Shown one piece after another: positions 48,864 to 59,734 of a stretch of DNA of 64,000 nucleotides. Both the position numbers and the translations under genes were made by a program. The stretch is from NCBI GenBank assembly GCA_048887225.1, contig JBHLJY010000002.1, positions 288,001 to 352,000 on the forward strand, in the 5' to 3' direction. The notes beneath the pieces are model-generated. The model was not told the origin of the DNA, made no database searches, and saw only the letters and a list, made by a program, of their open reading frames with translations. Source of the stretch: Candidatus Hodarchaeota archaeon. GTDB lineage: Archaea; Asgardarchaeota; Lokiarchaeia; Sigyniarchaeales; SOKP01. Every line of letters begins with the position of its first letter. Positions within the stretch are counted from its first letter, which is position 1.

Positions 48864-49514
48864 TTAATTTTTATTTGCTACAATGAAATATCCATTATGA
48901 TAACTATCCAAAACTCTATTATCCTTTACTCTATTATCAAAATGAGTTAACCAATCCAAAATGGGTTTAATAAGTCTAAATAAAATGTATCCTCCACGAG
49001 ATAATATATCAATTCTGGTCTTCATCATTTCAGAAAGATGGGTATAAAATTTTCCCATAATAATAAATTTTTCAATCGTAAATCCACTTTTTTTTAGTTC
49101 CAATTTCCATTTTGTTGAGGTCCATCTTTGATAGTCAAATGGATCAGAATGAATATTTGATAAGAAGGGAACAGTAATTATCATTTTACCATTTTTCTTT
49201 AGAACACGATAACATTCTTTTAATCCCTTTTTAATTTCATATACGTGTTCAAATAATTCAATCGCATTTATAATGTCGATACTTTCAGAATTAATTTGAT
49301 TCATATCGGAAACATTTAATATAATATCTGGCTTATAATCAGGATTTATATCGGCAAAAATCCACTTCTCTACTTTTTTTTTAGGTTTTTTAAATCTCCC
49401 ACGATCTCTACCTCCAATGTCTAAAACAACTCCCTTATATATATATTCGTATTTTTTAAGCAGATAATCAATCATTTTTCTACGATATGATAATCTTATA
49501 TAATCTTTCGACAT
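48864..49514 (-). CDS. Class I SAM methyltransferase (type 11-like)
   Basis: VLDIGG, ELFEHV, RVLKKNG, VPF..HSDPFDYQRWT. Confidence 0.88.
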   Translation of the reverse strand: MSKDYIRLSYRRKMIDYLLKKYEYIYKGVVLDIGGRDRGRFKKPKKKVEKWIFADINPDYKPDIILNVSDMNQINSESIDIINAIELFEHVYEIKKGLKECYRVLKKNGKMIITVPFLSNIHSDPFDYQRWTSTKWKLELKKSGFTIEKFIIMGKFYTHLSEMMKTRIDILSRGGYILFRLIKPILDWLTHFDNRVKDNRVLDSYHNGYFIVANKN

Positions 49515-49819
49515 CTTTAGTATGAAATTTTTTAGTTTTTGTTTTACGATTTCATTATTGAATTATTTTTTATATAAATATCAATATTTTTTCATTTATT
49601 TTGTGTGTATTGATTTTGTGTATTATCCATAATATTTTATACTATTCTGCAAAATCATTAAAAATATGATTTAATGAAGATTCATATTAATGATAAAAAT
49701 AAAATTTTTATAATTTGGCTTGAAACAACCAAAAATTCTATAAAATTAGATAATTTTGATTATTAAAAGCTAAAAGTTCTAAAAATATTAAACAAAAAAT
49801 AGTTAAGGACTTATTTACT

Positions 49820-50641
49820 ATGAGTTATGTTATTACAATATGTATTGTTAACTATAATAGCTCTGATTTTATTTTAAACACGCTATATTGCCTCGAAAAA
49901 ATTACTAAAAACAATTATAAGGTTATAATAAGAGACAATAATTCAAAACTGAAGGACTTTCTTAATTTAAAAAATAATATCAAGAGATACTCTAATGTAG
50001 AATTATATAGAGTCGAGGAATTTTCCTATAAGGGAAGTATAGCTCACGGTATTGCGGTTAATGATTTAATCAACAAAATTAATACGAAATATGGAGTAAT
50101 CTTAGATGCAGATTGCACTTTTTTATACAATAATTGGGATGAGATTTTAATCAATGAAATTAATGAAAAACAACCACTTATTGGTGTACCTGGAAGTGAA
50201 GAACTTGGTTCTACAAGACAGAGTAACTTTCCAATACTAATTTGCGTTCTCTTTATTACAGAAATTTTAAAAAAATTACAAATTGATTTTAGACCAAAGG
50301 AAAAGGGCGAAAAACTTATAGATACTGGACATGAACTCGCCATTAAATTCATAGAAGCGGGATATAAGGGTAAAACATTAGAAAGGAGAAGTACGAGAGT
50401 TTACAAATCAGGACCTTTTAGAAAATTCATATGTGCCGAGTTTTATCTAAATGGACATAGGAATATTTTTGGTAGTCATTTTGGAAGAGGATCAACATTA
50501 GGGGCAGCTAAATACTTGAAGGGTTGGAAAAAAAAAATATACTTAATCCCACTAATTGGCTCCTATTTATTGAAATCAAAAGGTAAGCGAGAAAGAAAAG
50601 GATGGATAAAAGTTTGTAAAAAGCTAGTGAATAGAAAATAA
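49820..50641 (+). CDS. GT2-family glycosyltransferase
   Basis: ICIVNYNS, IIRDNNS, LDAD (DXD), DTG. Confidence 0.8.
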   Translation: MSYVITICIVNYNSSDFILNTLYCLEKITKNNYKVIIRDNNSKLKDFLNLKNNIKRYSNVELYRVEEFSYKGSIAHGIAVNDLINKINTKYGVILDADCTFLYNNWDEILINEINEKQPLIGVPGSEELGSTRQSNFPILICVLFITEILKKLQIDFRPKEKGEKLIDTGHELAIKFIEAGYKGKTLERRSTRVYKSGPFRKFICAEFYLNGHRNIFGSHFGRGSTLGAAKYLKGWKKKIYLIPLIGSYLLKSKGKRERKGWIKVCKKLVNRK

Positions 50642-50706
50642 GTGAATTCCATTAGTTTTAAATGTAATTATCTCTTAGAATAATTAAAATACAAGATGGT
50701 GTAGTT

Positions 50707-51621
50707 TTGAAGATTTATTTCGATTATCCACTTATCAAAAAACCCTGGGGTGGTGGGGCACATTTTCTGGTAAATTTTGCTAATTTTTTAAAAGAAAAGG
50801 GTCATAAAATTGTTTTAAAATTGAAAAAAGACATAGATCTAATCTTCATCTCAAATAACACTAAACAAATTGACTCAAAAATTATTAATTATAAGAAAAA
50901 GAATCCAAAAACAAAAGTTTTGCATAGAATTAATGAATGTGATAAACGGAAGAATACCAATCATGTAGATAATCTTGTATTCAAAAAAAATGAATTAGCA
51001 GATCAGACTATTTTTATAAGTAAGTGGTTAGCAGAATATTATATAAAAAAAGGCTTTAATAAAGAGTATAGTGTAATCTATAATGGTTGCAATTCAAAAT
51101 ATTTCTATCCTAAAATTGATAAAAGGCTTGGAGATCAAGTAAAACTGGTAACTCATCATTGGTCTAGCCACTGGTTAAAAGGTTTTGACATCTATACGAA
51201 ATTAGATGAAATTTTACCAGATCTAAAGAATATCACTTTTACTTATATTGGAAGATATAATCAGCAATATAAACCTAAAAATACTAAACTAATCCCTCCT
51301 TTATACGGTATTAAATTAGGAGAAGAATTAAGAAAACATGATCTTTATCTTACTGCCTCAAGATGGGAACCGTGTGGAATGCATCATATAGAAGGAGCAA
51401 GTTGTGGATTACCCGTTTTATATCATATTGACGGAGGAGGGATAAATGAATTATGTAAAAATTATGGACTTAATTATCATGATATTGATACTTTACTTAA
51501 AAGTATAACACAAATAATAAAATCATATCCTGAATATCATAAAAAAATACAATATGATTTTCTAAGTAGTGAAAGATGTAATATGGAGTTTTTTAGAGAA
51601 ATTGTTGATTTATGTAAATAG
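50707..51621 (+). CDS. Short GT4-like glycosyltransferase (TTG start)
   Basis: PWGGG, IFIS, IYNG, KGFD, EPCGMHHIEGASCGLP. Confidence 0.85.
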   Translation: MKIYFDYPLIKKPWGGGAHFLVNFANFLKEKGHKIVLKLKKDIDLIFISNNTKQIDSKIINYKKKNPKTKVLHRINECDKRKNTNHVDNLVFKKNELADQTIFISKWLAEYYIKKGFNKEYSVIYNGCNSKYFYPKIDKRLGDQVKLVTHHWSSHWLKGFDIYTKLDEILPDLKNITFTYIGRYNQQYKPKNTKLIPPLYGIKLGEELRKHDLYLTASRWEPCGMHHIEGASCGLPVLYHIDGGGINELCKNYGLNYHDIDTLLKSITQIIKSYPEYHKKIQYDFLSSERCNMEFFREIVDLCK

Positions 51622-51653
51622 TCCGTAAAAATCTATAATCCAAGAAGTAGAAA

Positions 51654-52331
51654 TTAGGGCTGATTTTTTGATCTTAGTATAAAAAAATAGTGTTTTGGAT
51701 TTTTCAAATTAAAAAAGTTATCTTGTATTAACCAACCATTCTTTACTATATCCTTTTTTATTTTTTTTAAGGGATAGCCCTTTTTACCAATAACCCAATA
51801 ATGTCTATTATCAATATCATATCTCCATGTTGATAAGTCATGAAAAACTTTCTTACGATAAATTTTAAATCCAAATTTAAAATTCCGTTGATGTAATAGA
51901 GGGAAATTTACGTCAATTGAGAAAAAGTATGAATTTAAATTTGTATGAGGTAAAGTAATGATTAGTATCTTAGTAAATAGACTGCATCTGTTAATTACCG
52001 AAAGGAATTCCTCATATTTGATATGTTCAAATATTTGAGATGCTATAACTAAATCGAATTCATCTTTTAAATTGAGAAAAGTCATATCTCTTATATCCAT
52101 ATTATAATCTGGACAAAGCGATTCATCAATATCTAATGTTTTAACATTATATCCTATTTTTTTTAATATATCCGATACTAAACCGTTTCCCGGTCCAATT
52201 TCTAAAATATTTAATGGATTTATCTCTAATATGCATCGTATCAATTCTGAATATGTAGTCCACCGTTTAGATGTAAAATATCTTTTTATAAAATATTTAT
52301 TTCTGCTACTTAGATTTTTATTTCTGGACAT
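51654..52331 (-). CDS. Class I SAM methyltransferase
   Basis: ILEIGPGNG, TLDID, FDLVIASQIFEHI, HYWVIG. Confidence 0.88.
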   Translation of the reverse strand: MSRNKNLSSRNKYFIKRYFTSKRWTTYSELIRCILEINPLNILEIGPGNGLVSDILKKIGYNVKTLDIDESLCPDYNMDIRDMTFLNLKDEFDLVIASQIFEHIKYEEFLSVINRCSLFTKILIITLPHTNLNSYFFSIDVNFPLLHQRNFKFGFKIYRKKVFHDLSTWRYDIDNRHYWVIGKKGYPLKKIKKDIVKNGWLIQDNFFNLKNPKHYFFILRSKNQP

Positions 52332-52459
52332 ATTAAATTTCCTTTCATTACTAAGTTAAAAATATTATTTTAATTCAAAAAGTATTTGGTTAATAAAAAA
52401 AATTATACGTTATATAATAAGAATTCTTGAATTGCTCTTTTTAATTTGATTCTCATCAA

Positions 52460-54301
52460 CTATAATTTAATAGGATTTAATCCGTCGTTTTCCATAAATG
52501 TTTCATACCACAATTCAAACATCATTAAATTCCATGCTCTATTCTCATAAATTCTATGATTTCTCTTTCTATTTATGGCTTTTGTATAGCGTGGATTAAT
52601 CAAATTTTTTCTTTTTGAAAGTCTGTCTAATAATTCTCCTGATGATTCATTTAATCCCGTTCTAAGCCAGAAATTCATAGGAGTACTAAACCCCATCTTT
52701 TTTCTTTTTAAAATCTCCGATGGCAATAAATCTTTCACAGCAAGTCGTAATATAAATTTCTCAATCCCATTATTTAATTTATATTTAGAAGGAATTTTGG
52801 TCGAAAATTCAACCATATCTTTATCAAGAAATGGTACTCTTGATTCTAAAGAGGCTGCCATACTCATCTTATCAGTTTTCATATTGTATTGAGATGGAAG
52901 TTGATATTTTATATCCCAATATGAAATTTGATTAATTATATCCAAATTTGAGATTAATTTAGACTTAATTATGTTTTTAACTTCTTCTATTTGAAAATTG
53001 ACCATTTTGGCTTTTTCTTCATCAGGTAGAGCTATCGTGTGGAGAAACCTGTCTAATTCAGTTTTTGAATGATATAAACGAGAGAGCGCAATTCTTAGAG
53101 TTTGTAATGGAATTCCTCTATATAATTTCATTAAAGGTAAAATAATCGCCCTTTGAATTCTTGTCAAGAAATTCATGTAAGCTACTCGATAATAATGTGA
53201 ATATCCAGCGAAAATTTCATCAGCACCATCTCCAGTTAAAGCAACAGTAACATTTTCTTTTGCCAATTTTGCCATTACATAAACAGGAACTATCGCAGCA
53301 TCAGAAATAAGGTCATCAAGATGCCATATTAATTTTGGTAAAAGTTTATAACTAGATGCTTTAACTAATAATTCTGTATGATTAGTGTCGAAATGATTTG
53401 AGATAATTTTTGCATATTTTGTTTCATTTACAGGAGCTCCTTCTTCAAAACCTATTGAAAAGGTTTTTACAGGCTCCTCCATGTATTTTGCCATAATTCC
53501 TACAATAGCTGATGAATCTATTCCTCCTGATAAGAATGCTCCTAAAGGCACTTCACTAATTAAGCGTATTTTTACACTTTCCTCGATTAAATTTCTTAAT
53601 TCTTTTGCTAAATCATCAAGATTCGCTTTATTATTTATCTTGAAATTCAAATTCCAATACTTCTGAATATCTAGTTGTCGTGTCATCAAATTAAATTTTA
53701 ATATGCTTGCGGGAGGAATTTTATAAATGTTTTTAAATAACGTTAAGTGAAAAGGTACATACTTTAAGGAGAGATATAAATTAACCGCATCCAAATTTAA
53801 TTCTTTATTTATATCGTGAAGTAAGATAGATTTTATTTCAGAACTAAATATAAATCTCTCCTCTTCATAATAATAATATAGTGGTTTTAATCCAATTGGA
53901 TCTCGCGCTAAAAGAATAGAATTATTTCTAATATCATAAATGCATAACGCAAATGGCCCTCGAAATTTATTAAAACAATTTTTGCCCCATTCTTCGTATG
54001 AGTGAATAATTACCTCCGTGTCTGATTCGGTATAAAAATTATGACCTTTTTCTTCTAAAATTGCTTTTAGATTTAAAAAATTATATATTTCTCCATTATA
54101 AACAATCCATATTGTTTCATCCTCATTATGCTGTGGTTGATGACCTGTTTTCAAATCTATTATTGGGAGTCTTCTCATCCCAATAGAGATGTTAGAGTCT
54201 GTATAATACCCATCATCATCCGGTCCGCGATGTATAATTAAATTACACATTTTTTTTAATAACTGTTTATGTTCCCTATTGAAACCACATATTCCACACA
54301 T
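52460..54301 (-). CDS. asnB: Asparagine synthase (glutamine-hydrolysing) family amidotransferase, probably sugar-amidating
   Basis: MCGICG, HRGPD, NGEIYN, RDPIGLKPLYY, LSGGIDSS, GDGADEIFAGY, RVPFLD, KMGF; start set at ATG 54301 so that Cys is residue 2. Confidence 0.93.
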   Translation of the reverse strand: MCGICGFNREHKQLLKKMCNLIIHRGPDDDGYYTDSNISIGMRRLPIIDLKTGHQPQHNEDETIWIVYNGEIYNFLNLKAILEEKGHNFYTESDTEVIIHSYEEWGKNCFNKFRGPFALCIYDIRNNSILLARDPIGLKPLYYYYEEERFIFSSEIKSILLHDINKELNLDAVNLYLSLKYVPFHLTLFKNIYKIPPASILKFNLMTRQLDIQKYWNLNFKINNKANLDDLAKELRNLIEESVKIRLISEVPLGAFLSGGIDSSAIVGIMAKYMEEPVKTFSIGFEEGAPVNETKYAKIISNHFDTNHTELLVKASSYKLLPKLIWHLDDLISDAAIVPVYVMAKLAKENVTVALTGDGADEIFAGYSHYYRVAYMNFLTRIQRAIILPLMKLYRGIPLQTLRIALSRLYHSKTELDRFLHTIALPDEEKAKMVNFQIEEVKNIIKSKLISNLDIINQISYWDIKYQLPSQYNMKTDKMSMAASLESRVPFLDKDMVEFSTKIPSKYKLNNGIEKFILRLAVKDLLPSEILKRKKMGFSTPMNFWLRTGLNESSGELLDRLSKRKNLINPRYTKAINRKRNHRIYENRAWNLMMFELWYETFMENDGLNPIKL

Positions 54302-54334
54302 AATCAATCTAAAAATAGATTTTTTTAAACAATC

Positions 54335-55105
54335 CTATATTATTAATTTTATATAAATAATTTCAGTAAATAGTTTTATAATTTCCTTAATTCCTCCAAA
54401 TTTGTTTCTGGCATATTTTAAATATCTCAATGTTGTATAAATTTGATTTATCAACTGCCTAATTAATTTCTGTTTATTTTTTTTATTGAAAATACTAACA
54501 GGACTATCTAGAATTAACAATTTCTCCTTAATATTGCCAGCTTTTAATTTATATTTATAAATTAATCGACACCATAATTCAAAATCCTGTCCATGTCTCA
54601 GTTTCTCATTGTAATATCCATATAAATCAAAAACTTCTCTTCTAATAAAAATTGTTGAATGTGCAAAACAATTCTCAATAATTTGATTTTTAAATATATC
54701 TTCATATTCAAAGAACTTAATGAAATTAAGATCACCTTCTTTTAATTTAACATTACATCCACAAAATGCTAATAACGGATTTTCTTGAAGAAATTTCAAT
54801 TGTTTTTCTAAACGGTGTGGTAAAGATATATCATCATAATCTTGTCTGGCAATATAATCCGCTGAAGATAATCTGATTGCCTTATTTAATGATTTAGCTA
54901 GCCCAAGATTTTCACGATTTCTAATAACTCTTATCTTTTTGTCCTTATTTGCATAATTTTTAATAATTTCTAATGAATTATCTTTACTTCCATCATCAAT
55001 AATAATAAATTCAAAATTTTTATAAGTTTGATTGATAATACTTTCTATTGCTTTACTCACGGCTTTTTCACCATTATATACAGACATTATTACAGAAATC
55101 TTCAA
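54335..55105 (-). CDS. GT2 glycosyltransferase
   Basis: ISVIMSVYN, IDDGSKD, NLGLAKSLN, ARQDYDD, QDFELW. Confidence 0.92.
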   Translation of the reverse strand: MKISVIMSVYNGEKAVSKAIESIINQTYKNFEFIIIDDGSKDNSLEIIKNYANKDKKIRVIRNRENLGLAKSLNKAIRLSSADYIARQDYDDISLPHRLEKQLKFLQENPLLAFCGCNVKLKEGDLNFIKFFEYEDIFKNQIIENCFAHSTIFIRREVFDLYGYYNEKLRHGQDFELWCRLIYKYKLKAGNIKEKLLILDSPVSIFNKKNKQKLIRQLINQIYTTLRYLKYARNKFGGIKEIIKLFTEIIYIKLII

Positions 55106-55145
55106 AATTCAAACTCAACTAGAATATTTTTATGATTCTTTTTAA

Positions 55146-56159
55146 TCAGAGAATTAAATTCATTATTTTAAGAAAAAGCTTCAAGATACTAGCATGACTT
55201 AACAATCTTCCTAATATGATCGAATCTAAATAGATATCAAGATGTTGTTTTTGTAATTTTTTTTCTTTAGAGTTATTTTTATTGTTTCTTAAATATTTAA
55301 TTTGCCTAAAATTCTGAATAAGAAATTTATAAACTTTTAACCTTAACTTCAATATTTTATTGGATAATGCATGAGTAATAAGCATAACTTCACTTATTAG
55401 GAAAAAAGGGATTAATTTTCTTATTTTATCAATATTCTTATAAATTGTTAAATAGCGGTTTCTTTCAATATAGAAATAAGTAAAATCGTTTAAAATCATA
55501 TGAATTTTTTGGTGATGTAAAGTAGTTTCATTAGTAGTATAAATTGAAATACATTTCCTAATTGCTCTTAATGAGAAATCGGTATCTTCATGATACATGA
55601 AAAAAAAAGTGTCAAAGCCGTTTAATTCTATGAAAGTCTTCTTTTTTAGGAACATACTACAACCAGCGATTTTTAATGTTTTAAAAGTAGATTTTTCTTT
55701 AGAAATTTTTTTATACATATTAGGAGTATAAGAAAATCCTAAAAAATGAATTTTTGCTCCAAAATAGTTTATATAGTTAGCAGTAAATACAACTGCTGGG
55801 CTTATAATGATCTCTTTATCCTTTTTAAGATTTTTATAGAGATTTAATAAAATAATAAAAAAATCCTTAGGAAAATCAACATCATCATTAGTTATAAATA
55901 AAAACTCTCCTTTCGCTTTTGGAGCACCTAAATTTATAGCCCTAGCAAATCCTAAGTCCTTATTCTGTTCAATAAGTCTAATATTTAGGTTTTTAAAAGA
56001 TTTAATTATTTCTTTTGTAGAATCCAATGATCCATTATCAATAATAACTACTTCGATCTCTTCCAAATTATCTAAGTTTTCTATTGATTTTAGGTTTTTA
56101 TAAATGACCTTTTCTGCGAAATAAGTAGGAAAAATTATTGATATTTTAGGATCAGTCAT
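55146..56159 (-). CDS. GT2 glycosyltransferase (rhamnosyltransferase-like subfamily)
   Basis: IDNGSLD, GFARAINLG, NDD, GCSMF, GFD.FFMYHEDTD, ERNR. Confidence 0.9.
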   Translation of the reverse strand: MTDPKISIIFPTYFAEKVIYKNLKSIENLDNLEEIEVVIIDNGSLDSTKEIIKSFKNLNIRLIEQNKDLGFARAINLGAPKAKGEFLFITNDDVDFPKDFFIILLNLYKNLKKDKEIIISPAVVFTANYINYFGAKIHFLGFSYTPNMYKKISKEKSTFKTLKIAGCSMFLKKKTFIELNGFDTFFFMYHEDTDFSLRAIRKCISIYTTNETTLHHQKIHMILNDFTYFYIERNRYLTIYKNIDKIRKLIPFFLISEVMLITHALSNKILKLRLKVYKFLIQNFRQIKYLRNNKNNSKEKKLQKQHLDIYLDSIILGRLLSHASILKLFLKIMNLIL

Positions 56160-56192
56160 ATAAAGAGGTCTAATTAATCATAATATAAGATT

Positions 56193-57050
56193 TTAATCAT
56201 GTTGTTCTTTAAGTATCTTTTTTAATTTTGTATTATCACCCCAAAAGGCCATTGGCACGTAATCGGGGTAATTGTAGTATCCTAAATTTAATTTTATTGT
56301 TTTATTTCTATTTCTTATATGATTTTCAACTATATTTTTTATTGAAATTGGCTTTCCGCTACAACAATTGATAATCCCATTAATTTTATTTTGTAAAGAA
56401 ATTTTTATAATATATTCGGCAACCTTCTCAACTGGCAAATAATCTCTTAATTGTTCACCACCTGACATGTTAAAAATCTCTTCATTATTATCAAGCGCCT
56501 TATCTAATTGAGGTATTATTGATTTAGGGCTTTGTCCTTTCCCATACATATAAAATAACCTAATCCATCTAAAACTAAATTGATAAATATTCTTTAATTG
56601 TTCTATAAATCTTCTCAATGTATCTTTTCCAAGGGCATAAGCTGTTATTGGATTTGCCTCTAAATTTTCATTTAAACATCCTTCTTTCCACCCATATTCA
56701 AAACAAGTACCCGTTATACTTAAGTCTTTTAGCCCATTTTCAATAATATTTTTTAAAAACCTATAATTCACTATAAGATTTTTTTCGAAATGATATAATT
56801 CTTTAAAATTTGGTAATCCTTCCCAAGCTAAATGAATTAATACATCAGGTTCTTCGAAAAAAGTATAATAGTTATTCCTTTCTTCACTTATATCACAATT
56901 AATATATTTTACTTTATTAAACCACTGGAAAGATTTAGCTTTTTCCTTGTTTCTAGAAGTAGTGATAAGTTCATGTCTCTTTAAATTAATAAGTTGTTGA
57001 ACTACATAACGGCCAATGAATCCTGTGGCACCTGTGACTAAAATTTTCAA
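56193..57050 (-). CDS. Extended SDR NDP-4-keto-6-deoxysugar reductase-like protein
   Basis: GATGFIG, HLAW, GTCFEYG, YALGK (YXXXK), RLFYMYG, MSGGEQLRDY. Confidence 0.85.
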   Translation of the reverse strand: MKILVTGATGFIGRYVVQQLINLKRHELITTSRNKEKAKSFQWFNKVKYINCDISEERNNYYTFFEEPDVLIHLAWEGLPNFKELYHFEKNLIVNYRFLKNIIENGLKDLSITGTCFEYGWKEGCLNENLEANPITAYALGKDTLRRFIEQLKNIYQFSFRWIRLFYMYGKGQSPKSIIPQLDKALDNNEEIFNMSGGEQLRDYLPVEKVAEYIIKISLQNKINGIINCCSGKPISIKNIVENHIRNRNKTIKLNLGYYNYPDYVPMAFWGDNTKLKKILKEQHD

Positions 57051-57054
57051 AAAA

Positions 57055-57618
57055 TTACACCTCTAATCCTTCAAAATCATCTGTTAGAAGTTTTAAATTA
57101 TTATCCTTTTCTGAAATATCTGTTACATCTAATGGCCAATTTATAGCTATTTTAGGATCGCTATATCTTACACCATTTTCGCTTTCAGGACTATAAAATT
57201 CTGTTGTATAATATATCATCTCAACATCATCTTCTAATGATTGAAATCCATGAGCAAACCCTTCTGGAACATATAACATTTTCATATTTTTAGCAGATAA
57301 GATTTCACTATGATGTTTTAGGAATGTAGGAGAATTCTTTCTGAGATCTATTGCCACATCAAATATAGAACCCTTAATGCATTTTATAATTTTTATTTCT
57401 GCTTTAGGAGGATTCTGAAAATGCATACCCCTTATTGATCCCTTAATTTTGGTGGCAGAGTGATTTATATTTACAATCTCTTTATCATGACTAATTTCTT
57501 TAAATTCCTCTTTGCAGAAAACTCTTGCGAACATTCCTCGATGATCTATGAATGGATCTGGCTTAATTATATAAACATCCTTTATGTCAGTATCAAAAAA
57601 TTTTAATTTTGTACCCAT
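57055..57618 (-). CDS. rfbC: NDP-4-keto-6-deoxyglucose 3,5-epimerase (RmlC/RfbC cupin)
   Basis: DHRGMFAR, GSIRGMHFQ, DVAIDLRKNSPTF, VPEGFAHGFQSL, DP.IAINWP. Confidence 0.92.
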   Translation of the reverse strand: MGTKLKFFDTDIKDVYIIKPDPFIDHRGMFARVFCKEEFKEISHDKEIVNINHSATKIKGSIRGMHFQNPPKAEIKIIKCIKGSIFDVAIDLRKNSPTFLKHHSEILSAKNMKMLYVPEGFAHGFQSLEDDVEMIYYTTEFYSPESENGVRYSDPKIAINWPLDVTDISEKDNNLKLLTDDFEGLEV

Positions 57619-57624
57619 CAAATA

Positions 57625-58656
57625 TTACTTCCAATACAAATTTTCATTAAGCTTATTATTTTTTAATAAGTATTTCAGTTGATTTAAACGTGTAAAGTTT
57701 TTATCTTGAAATATTTCATAACTCAGATTAATATCTTCAAAAGTATTAATTAATTCTTTCACTCCCTTTTTAAGTGTCCATTGGGGTTTGAAATTTTTTA
57801 ACTTTTCTTTTATTTTATCAAAATTTACGTTATAATCTCTCTGATCAGGATTATTTTTTCCTAATATCTTAACTTCACAATCTTTCATTTGATTATGAAT
57901 TTCTTCAGCCATACTTTTAACTTGATAGTTTTCAGAATTGATCCCAACATTAAACGCCTCATTATGTATAATCTCTTTAGGTGCATTTAAAGCTGCAATA
58001 AAAGCATTGCTTATATCTCTAATATGAACAATAGGTCGCCAAGCTCTCCCATCGCTTAATATTTTTATTTCTTTAGTAGTATAACCCCACCCCGTTAAAT
58101 TGTTGACAACAAGATCAAATCTCATATTAGGTGAAATTCCAAAAGCGGTACCATTTCTTAAGTAAACTGGTGAAAATTTATCGTCTGCTATTTTGGATAA
58201 AGCCTTCTCTAAATTTACTTTAGAATGAGCATATGCAGAAAGTGGATTCATTGTTGAGTCTTCATCTAAATTATTTTTCTCCATTTGTCCATATATACTA
58301 CACGATGATGAAAATAAGAATCTTGAAACATTTGCTTTTTTAGCCATTTCTGCTAATCTTAAGGATGATAAATAATTAATATCATTTGTGAGTTCTGGAG
58401 TTATTTTACCTAATGGATCATTAGATAATGCTGCTAAATGAATAACAGCATCTACATTATGAAAATCCTCAATAGTTGCATGTCTAATATCCTTTTTCAA
58501 CTGTAAAATATCCTTTGGGATGTTAAATTGAATCAATTTTTTATCCCTATAATAATCTGTATCCATTCCAATTACTTTATAACCTTCATTAAGTAGATCT
58601 TGAGTTAATATTATTCCAATGTATCCTAAATTGCCTGTAACGATAATGCTTTCCAT
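57625..58656 (-). CDS. Extended SDR NAD-dependent epimerase/dehydratase; alternative GTG start at 58671
   Basis: VTGNLGYIG, HLAALSNDPLG, SSSCSIYG, YAHSK, RFDLVVN, SDG.AWRP. Confidence 0.88.
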   Translation of the reverse strand: MESIIVTGNLGYIGIILTQDLLNEGYKVIGMDTDYYRDKKLIQFNIPKDILQLKKDIRHATIEDFHNVDAVIHLAALSNDPLGKITPELTNDINYLSSLRLAEMAKKANVSRFLFSSSCSIYGQMEKNNLDEDSTMNPLSAYAHSKVNLEKALSKIADDKFSPVYLRNGTAFGISPNMRFDLVVNNLTGWGYTTKEIKILSDGRAWRPIVHIRDISNAFIAALNAPKEIIHNEAFNVGINSENYQVKSMAEEIHNQMKDCEVKILGKNNPDQRDYNVNFDKIKEKLKNFKPQWTLKKGVKELINTFEDINLSYEIFQDKNFTRLNQLKYLLKNNKLNENLYWK

Positions 58657-58752
58657 TTTAAAATTTAGCACTTTGTTAATTTACTGAAATAAGTGCAATC
58701 GCGTATAATAAGCTTTAATAGGAATAATTATATTTTTAATTTTCGGATAAGT

Positions 58753-59529
58753 TTAATCCCAAACTTTCCAGAATGCTTTATTGCTAATCCATAGTTTATT
58801 TAAATGAACTACATCTCTCTCATGATCCATACATTCCCAATTTCCTTCATGTTTATATACCATTACCTCTCCCATCTCTGTCAGCTTTTCAAAAGCGCCT
58901 TTTTCTAAATCGCAATTTTCATCAGACGTTAGATAATCAAGTAATTCCTTATTAAAGACCATAAATCCTCCATTTATTAATCCAACTGATGTTTGTGGCT
59001 TTTCTTGAAATTTAAGCACTCTTCCATCTTTCTCATTTAATTCTCCAAATCTAGAAGGAGGATGGACTCCTGTGATTGTTAACGTTTTTCCATGTGATTT
59101 ATGAAATTTAATTAATTGATTTATACTTATATCACTTAAACCATCTCCATAAGTCAACATATTAATTTCATCATCGAGATATTTTTCAACTCTTTTGATC
59201 CGTGCTCCTTTTAAAGTATTTAAACCAGTATCAACTAAAGTAACCTTCCATTTCTCCTGATTGGTTTTTCCATGAAAATCTATATCTTTAGTATTAAGAT
59301 TTATTGTAAAATCATTGTTATTCATATCATAATGAAAGAAATAATTTTTGATAACTTCGCCATTCACTCCTAAACATATAATAAACTCATCGTATCCATA
59401 AAAAGAATATATCTTCATAATATGCCATAATATCGGTCTTTTTCCTATTTCTACCATTGGTTTTGGGATTAAATCTGATAATCGCCCAAGTCTAGTCCCC
59501 CAGCCCCCAGCAAGAATAATCACTTTCAT
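58753..59529 (-). CDS. rfbF: Glucose-1-phosphate cytidylyltransferase
   Basis: ILAGGWGTRL, PKPMVEIG.RPILWHIMKIY, WKVTLVDTG, TYGDG, INGGF, WECMD, AFWKVW. Confidence 0.93.
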   Translation of the reverse strand: MKVIILAGGWGTRLGRLSDLIPKPMVEIGKRPILWHIMKIYSFYGYDEFIICLGVNGEVIKNYFFHYDMNNNDFTINLNTKDIDFHGKTNQEKWKVTLVDTGLNTLKGARIKRVEKYLDDEINMLTYGDGLSDISINQLIKFHKSHGKTLTITGVHPPSRFGELNEKDGRVLKFQEKPQTSVGLINGGFMVFNKELLDYLTSDENCDLEKGAFEKLTEMGEVMVYKHEGNWECMDHERDVVHLNKLWISNKAFWKVWD

Positions 59530-59734
59530 TTTTTACCATTATTCGATATTTATTTTATTAAAAATTTAAGTTTTTAAGAAAAACGTCTTTAATAGTAAAA
59601 ATATGGATTATTATTTATTTTTCATTAAAATTTAAAGGTTTAGATAAAATAATTAATAAAATTACATTCCCATTATTAGATAAATAGCCATTTAAGTTAT
59701 GTGGTTGTTACGTTTTGTTTTGGATTGAAAAAAA

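Noticed and set aside
52460-54301. asnB as housekeeping asparagine biosynthesis
   Set aside because: Co-oriented with GT2 and NDP-sugar genes; sugar amidation (WbpS-like) is more plausible, though unproven
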